13,157 nucleotides of DNA, taken from NCBI GenBank assembly GCA_963777605.1, contig CAVZRV010000046.1:1-13157 (forward strand), in the 5' to 3' direction. Positions 7,784-13,157 of this stretch are shown here, one piece after another (the stretch's first letter is position 1; each line of letters starts with the position of its first letter). The notes below the pieces were generated by a model. That model was given only the letters and a program-made list of their open reading frames with translations. It searched no databases and was not told the origin of the DNA. This stretch comes from an uncultured Acidobacteriota bacterium (GTDB taxonomy: Bacteria; Acidobacteriota; UBA6911; RPQK01; JAPXNP01). Both the position numbers and the translations under genes were made by a program.

Positions 7784-9779
7784 ATGAAGTTCCCCGACCT
7801 TGATCATTCCTATACTGGTGTACTCGTTCCGGTTTCCGCACTCAAGTCGGAAACGAATTGCGGGGTCGGTGAGTTCGCCGACCTTCCCCTGCTTGGAAGA
7901 TGGTGCCGCTCCGTCGGGCTCGAGATCATCCAGGTGCTCCCGGTGAACGATTCCGGCGCTCAGAGTTCTCCCTACAGTGCCATGAGTGCTTTCGCCCTCC
8001 ACCCCATCTATATTCGGCTTCAGGATCTGCCTGAACTCGCATACTGCTCCGAAGAGGTGTCTCTCCATGTTCAGGCGCTCCGGGAACAATACGATTCGTT
8101 CGAACGGGTGCGGTTCAACGAAGTGCTTGACGGGAAGCGTGCAGTGCTGCGCGAAGTGTTCAGCCAGTGTGCGGCTTCGATCCGGGAAGGAGCTGAGCTC
8201 ACGGAGTGGATGGCGAAAAACGAATGGGTCCGCTCGTATTCCGCGTTTCGTTTCCTGAAGGATCAGAACGAACAGCGCCCGTGGAGCACATGGACCGAGC
8301 TCCGGGATCCTGATCCGGCGGCTATCCGGAGGATGTGGGACAACGAGAGTGTCGCTTCCGAGCTTCACTTCTACGCCTGGGTTCAGATGCGCCTCGAGCA
8401 GCAGCTATCCCGTGCTTCCGGTGAGCTTTCGGCAATGGGTATCCTGCTCAAAGGCGATCTTCCAATTCTGATGGACGCCGACAGCGCGGATGTGTGGGCA
8501 AACCGCGGATTCTTCAACCTGTCTTTGCGCGCCGGCGCCCCGCCGGACATGTTCTTCGGATCTTGGCCAGAACTGGGGCTTTCCGGTGTACAACTGGGAT
8601 GCGCTGGCCTCCGACGACTATTCGTGGTGGAAGAATCGGCTGCGCCAGGCCGACAAGTTCTACCACGCCTATCGGATAGACCACGTCCTCGGCTTTTTCC
8701 GCATCTGGGCAATCCCGTCACGACAGGAAAGTGGTACCATGGGGCATTTCCATCCCTCGGCGGAGATCACTTCCGAGCAACTTCTCAATGCAGGATTCGC
8801 AGCGGGTCGGATACGCTGGCTTTCAGAGCCACATATTGAGCGCGAGACTGTCGATCGGCTGCTCGAGGGGCATAAGGAACTGATGGACCGATGTTTCCTC
8901 CGCATTGGCAGCGAGGATCTCTTTCTCTTCTCAAGCACCATTCAGGGCGAACGCGACATTACCGAGCTTCCGGTCAGTCCGGATGTGCGGGAGGAGTTGC
9001 TCAGCATCTTTCGTGATCGAGCCCTCTTAAGGACTGGTCCCGATACATTCGCCCCCTCGTGGAAGTTCAGGGAGTGCAGCAGGTACGACGGTCTGTTCGA
9101 CGAGGAGAAGGAACAATTCGAGTCCATTGTGGCGGAGAACGGATCCCGTTCTGAGGTCATATGGGAACAGCAGGGACGTCGGTTGCTCTCATTCATGAAT
9201 ACCACGGTACCCATGCTTACCTGCGCCGAAGATCTCGGAGTCATTCCAGAGAGCGTGCCTCGGGTACTGGAGGATCTTGGCATTCTCGGGCTCAGGATTC
9301 CGCGCTGGGCACGCAGGTGGAGCGAAGAGGGCCAGCCCTATATAAAACCCATGGACTACCCCTTTCTCACTGTCTGCGCACTTTCGGTCCACGACACGGC
9401 GACCATGCGAGAGTGGTGGAAAGCCGATCCAAGCCGGAAACTGTTCTGGAAGTCCATTGGCCTGAAGGGAGCATGCCCGGACACCTACGATGTGGCGACC
9501 GCGCGGGTTGTGACCCGTGGCGTGCTGGATGCCGGTTCGGCAATCTGCATATTCCAGATTCAGGACCTCCTGGCCGCAAGCGAGAAACTTCGGGTTCCGA
9601 AAGCTGAAGACGAACGGGTGAATGTGCCCGGAACCTACAACGACCTAAACTGGACCTATCGTATTCCTGTCCGGCTCGAAGAGCTGGAGCAGTTCGGCGA
9701 TTGGTGCGATTTCGTACGGGAGACTGTTTCCCGGCGGCGGGAAAGGAGCGTATCATGGAAAGAAGAGCGGAACAAATGA
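7784..9779 (+). CDS. malQ: 4-alpha-glucanotransferase (amylomaltase, GH77), DPE2-like; one frameshift at about 8555
   Basis: ATG at 7784 after GAGAGG. Motifs GVLVPVSAL, GVGEFADL, IIQVLPVND, SSPYSAMSAFALHP and LKGDLPI. Removing one T at 8555-8556 restores GAPPDMFSDLGQNWGFP. Catalytic motifs YRIDHVLGFFR, CAEDLG and SVHDT, plus ERVNVPGT...NWTYR. About 664 aa. Confidence 0.93.
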
Positions 9780-12700
9780 ACAGCAACAGCAGGAAGGACT
9801 CGGGCGATCGCACCAAGCGTACTCAGCGGCCGCGGGAGTTCAATCTTTCCCGCGCAGCACGGGAAACCTACGGGTTCAATGACGCGCTGTTCAGTTCTAC
9901 CGGCAATCAGATTTCATCCCGCATACAATCCATTCGCGATCTCGTGCACTCCATGAACCGGCACCGAGATGTTACCGTCAATCCCGAACGGGTTGTTCAC
10001 GTGTCATCTGTCAATGCGCTTGGACTGATGGACCAGCTTTTTCATCATCTTCTGCTGCGCTACCGGGAAGACCATGAAACCGGACTGTTCGAGCACCTCC
10101 TCGACGAGTTGTACGCCGCCGTCGGCAAGAAAGAGGTCAATGCGGTGCTGCACAGCTTCACCGATGAGTTTCCGCCGGTGGATGTATACAGAGAGCTTCT
10201 GACGACGGATGCGTATCTCGATTCGCTCGAGTCCGGCGAATCCGGCCGCGTGCTTGCACTGGAAGAGCTGTTTCTGATCTGGATCGAAAACCAGAATCCG
10301 GCCTTTCTCGGATTCAGCGAGCTTCTTTCTGTGGATTCCACCAGGAGTCTGCCCGGCTATAATCGGGTCATGGCTGCAATGGAACGCCTGGTCACTTCCC
10401 TCGCCCCCGCTGATTCTGCTCCGCTTCTGGATCTGTTGCTGGAGCCTGTCCGCCACGAGCCTGACTCTCTCGAAGGCCAGCTGCGATATATTCGGCAGAA
10501 CTGGGGAACTTACCTTGGAGACCTGGTACTGAAGGTTATGCGGGGACTCGATCTGTTCAAAGAGGACCAGAAGGGATTCTTTGCCGGACCGGGGCCCGGT
10601 GAGACGAAGGTCTATCAGTTCGGAGGACAGGAGGCCGAGCTCGAACGGTTCAGCCAGGATCGGGAGTGGATGCCGCGGGTTGTGATGATAGCCAAGAACA
10701 TCCTGGTCTGGCTCTATCAGCTCTCTCGGGAGTACGGCAGGGAAATACGGACGCTCGACCAGATTCCGGATCGAGATCTCGATCGGCTTGCATCGTGGGG
10801 CTTTACGGCTCTGTGGCTCATCGGCATCTGGGAGCGAAGCCCCGCATCCCGGCGCATAAAGCGGAAGATGGGAAACGGTGAGGCCGAAGGTTCCGCATAT
10901 TCGCTTCTTGGCTACGAGATTGCCGCCGAGCTCGGCGGATGGGATGCGCTCGAGACATCTGAAGACCCGTTGTGCGGCGCGCGGTATCCGACTTGCAAGC
11001 GACATGGTGCCCAACCACACCGGAATTGACAGCACCTGGGTCGAGCAGCACCCCGAGCGGTTCATTCAGGCCTCGGAACCGCCCTTTCCCGGCTATACCT
11101 TCAGCGGTGAGAACCTTTCACGGAGCCCGGATATCGGTGTTTATCTCGAAGATCACTACTTCGACCGGACCGACGCCGCCGTCGTATTCAAGCGGGTGGA
11201 TCAAGCATCCGGCGAGACGCGCTACATCTATCACGGCAACGACGGAACCAGCATGCCGTGGAACGACACCGCGCAGCTGGACTATCTCAATCCTGAAGTC
11301 CGCGAGGCGGTCATCCAAACCATTCTTCATGTGGCGCGCCTGTTCCCAGTCATCCGCTTCGATGCGGCCATGACGCTTGCCAAGCGACATATCCATCGGC
11401 TCTGGTTCCCCGAACCCGGGCACCGGCGGCGCAATCCCGTCGCGTGCTGAACACGGCATGACCAGCAGGAGTTCGACCGCGCAATGCCGCATGAGTTCTG
11501 GCGGGAAGTGGTCGACCGCGTGGCCGCCGAAGCTCCCGGACACCCTGCTTCTGGCCGAGGCGTTCTGGATGATGGAAGGCTATTTCGTCCGTACTCTGGG
11601 AATGCACCGCGTTTACAACAGCGCATTCATGAACATGTTGAAGGATCGAGGAAAACGCCAAGTACCGTTAGACCATCAAGAACACACTGGAGTTCGATCC
11701 AGACATCCTCAAGCGTTTCGTGAACTTCATGAACAATCCCGACGAAGAGACGGCGGTTGCACAGTTCGGCACGGAGGACAAGTACTTCGGCGTCTGCACC
11801 ATGCTCGTTACAATGCCGGGCCTGCCCATGTTCGGCCACGGTCAGATCGAAGGGTTCGCCGAGAAATACGGCATGGAGTATCGCCGCGCCTACCTGGCGG
11901 AGGAACCCGACAGCGTGGTGGTGACGCGTCATGAACGTGAGATTTTTCCCCTCATCAAGAAGCGTTATCTGTTTGCCGAAGTGGAGAACTTCTCGCTGTT
12001 TGATCTTTATGCGAACGATGGAACGGTGAACGAAAATGTCTTTGCCTACGCCAACCGGCACGGTCACGAGTCGGCGCTCATTCTGTACAATAATGCCTAT
12101 GAGAGTGCGTGGGGCTGGATTCGCGTCTGTGCCGCATTTGCACAGAAGAACGAAGCGGGAGAGCGAGTTCTTGCGCAGCAGGATCTGGCCGAAACCCTCG
12201 GCCTCCATCGGGATGCCAGCCACTATTGTCTGCTGTTTGAAAATAGAACGGGGCTCTGGTTCATTCGTAACAGCGCGGAGCTGGCCGAAAAAGGGCTTCA
12301 TGTGGGACTATCCGGATATCAGTGCCAGGTCTTTACCGAAATTCGTGAAGAGGAAGACACCGAAGCCGGACTCTACGGTGCCCTGGAACGGCAGGCTGCC
12401 GGAAATGGCGTTCCCGACATAGACGCAGCGTTGAGGGACATTCACTACCGGCCGCTGTACGCGCCGCTTGCACCCGCGCTTGCGCGCGACTGCATCGAGT
12501 CGATCTTCAGCTCTCTTGAACACGGCGTGGATCCGAAGCGAATTGAGCCCTTCTTCACGGAGTACGGCAATTTTCTCCTGCGTGCCGTCGAGTTCGGGGA
12601 CTTTGGTGGACGAACGGAGGATGCTCTTTCCTATGCGCGGTCCTGCACTGCGTCGTCAGCGACACTTCTTGCGGACGGTCTTCCGGAAAACTCTCAACTG

Positions 12701-13157
12701 CTTGCCGCAATTGTCGGCTGGATCCTGCTCTCACCGCTTGCCCACCTCTCTGCGGATTCCGCATCGACTCTTGATGACTGGGAAATACCATCGCGGATAT
12801 CGGCGGCGGTTACCCCGGTAATGGCAGAGAACTACCGTCAGGCACTCAACCGTCCGCGTTATGAATCGTTGCTGCGCATTCTGCTCAGACACGAGTCCTG
12901 GTTCGATTCGGCGAAGGGAGATTCGGCGGCGTCCGGCAATATCCGCGAAGCTGCCCGACACATTCTCCGGAATCTGTGCGAAGACGCAGAGGTTACCACG
13001 TTTCTCGGTTTTAACACCTTCGAAGGTGCCCTCTGGTTTCAGAAGGAGTCCTTCGAGGTCCTGAGCTGGGCGCTCGCCATGGTCGGGATGATCCGTGTTC
13101 TTGCACAATCGTCAGACCCCGGCACCAGCGGCCGCCGGGCAGTCCCCCGAAATGAAA
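9755..13157 (+). CDS. Large alpha-amylase family (GH13) protein, over 1,100 aa, 3' end outside the window; five frameshifts and one in-frame TAG (sequencing errors or pseudogene)
   Basis: ATG at 9755 after AAGGAG (alternative ATGA overlap at 9776). Rebuilt motifs GFTALWLIGIWE, GSAYS, LASDMVPNH, PWNDTAQLDY, IRFDAAM, LLAEAFW, FMNNPDEE and PGLPMFGHGQ. Frameshifts near 10955, 11419, 11462, 11537 and 11645; TAG at 11669-11671. The frame from 11672 is open to the window end and is missing from the ORF track. Confidence 0.88.

Noticed and set aside
8550-8560. Programmed ribosomal frameshift or phase variation in malQ and other genes
   Set aside because: No slippery heptamer or long repeat tract, and the many scattered indels point to sequencing error.
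10004-12301. Long minus-strand ORFs (353, 141 and 224 aa)
   Set aside because: Antisense shadows of the GH13 gene.
1-13157. CRISPR arrays, tRNA/rRNA genes, IS elements, defence or phage genes
   Set aside because: No regularly spaced repeats, recognisable RNA-gene signatures, transposase or integrase motifs were seen; nearly all sequence is explained by the listed CDSs.

Overview
Gene-dense, GC-rich bacterial chromosomal segment; the gene set suggests a free-living spirochaete or similar anaerobe (inference only). Left to right: 3' end of purL and purQ (+); a DUF151 bifunctional-nuclease/UVR gene (+) with its own sigma70-like promoter; a convergent minus-strand cluster (exported BNR-repeat + DUF4015-like glycoside hydrolase, MoxR AAA+ ATPase, DUF58 protein, DUF4129-like membrane protein); and, divergently, a GH77 4-alpha-glucanotransferase with a DPE2-type insertion followed by a very large GH13 enzyme running off the right end. 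I count about nine small frameshifts, mostly in short homopolymers, plus one in-frame TAG. These break or falsely fuse genes in the ORF track and most likely reflect long-read errors, so I rebuilt the genes by hand. No rRNA, tRNA, CRISPR array or mobile element was seen. The best candidate for an undescribed system is the exported glycosidase linked to a MoxR module, head-to-head with atypical alpha-glucan enzymes.
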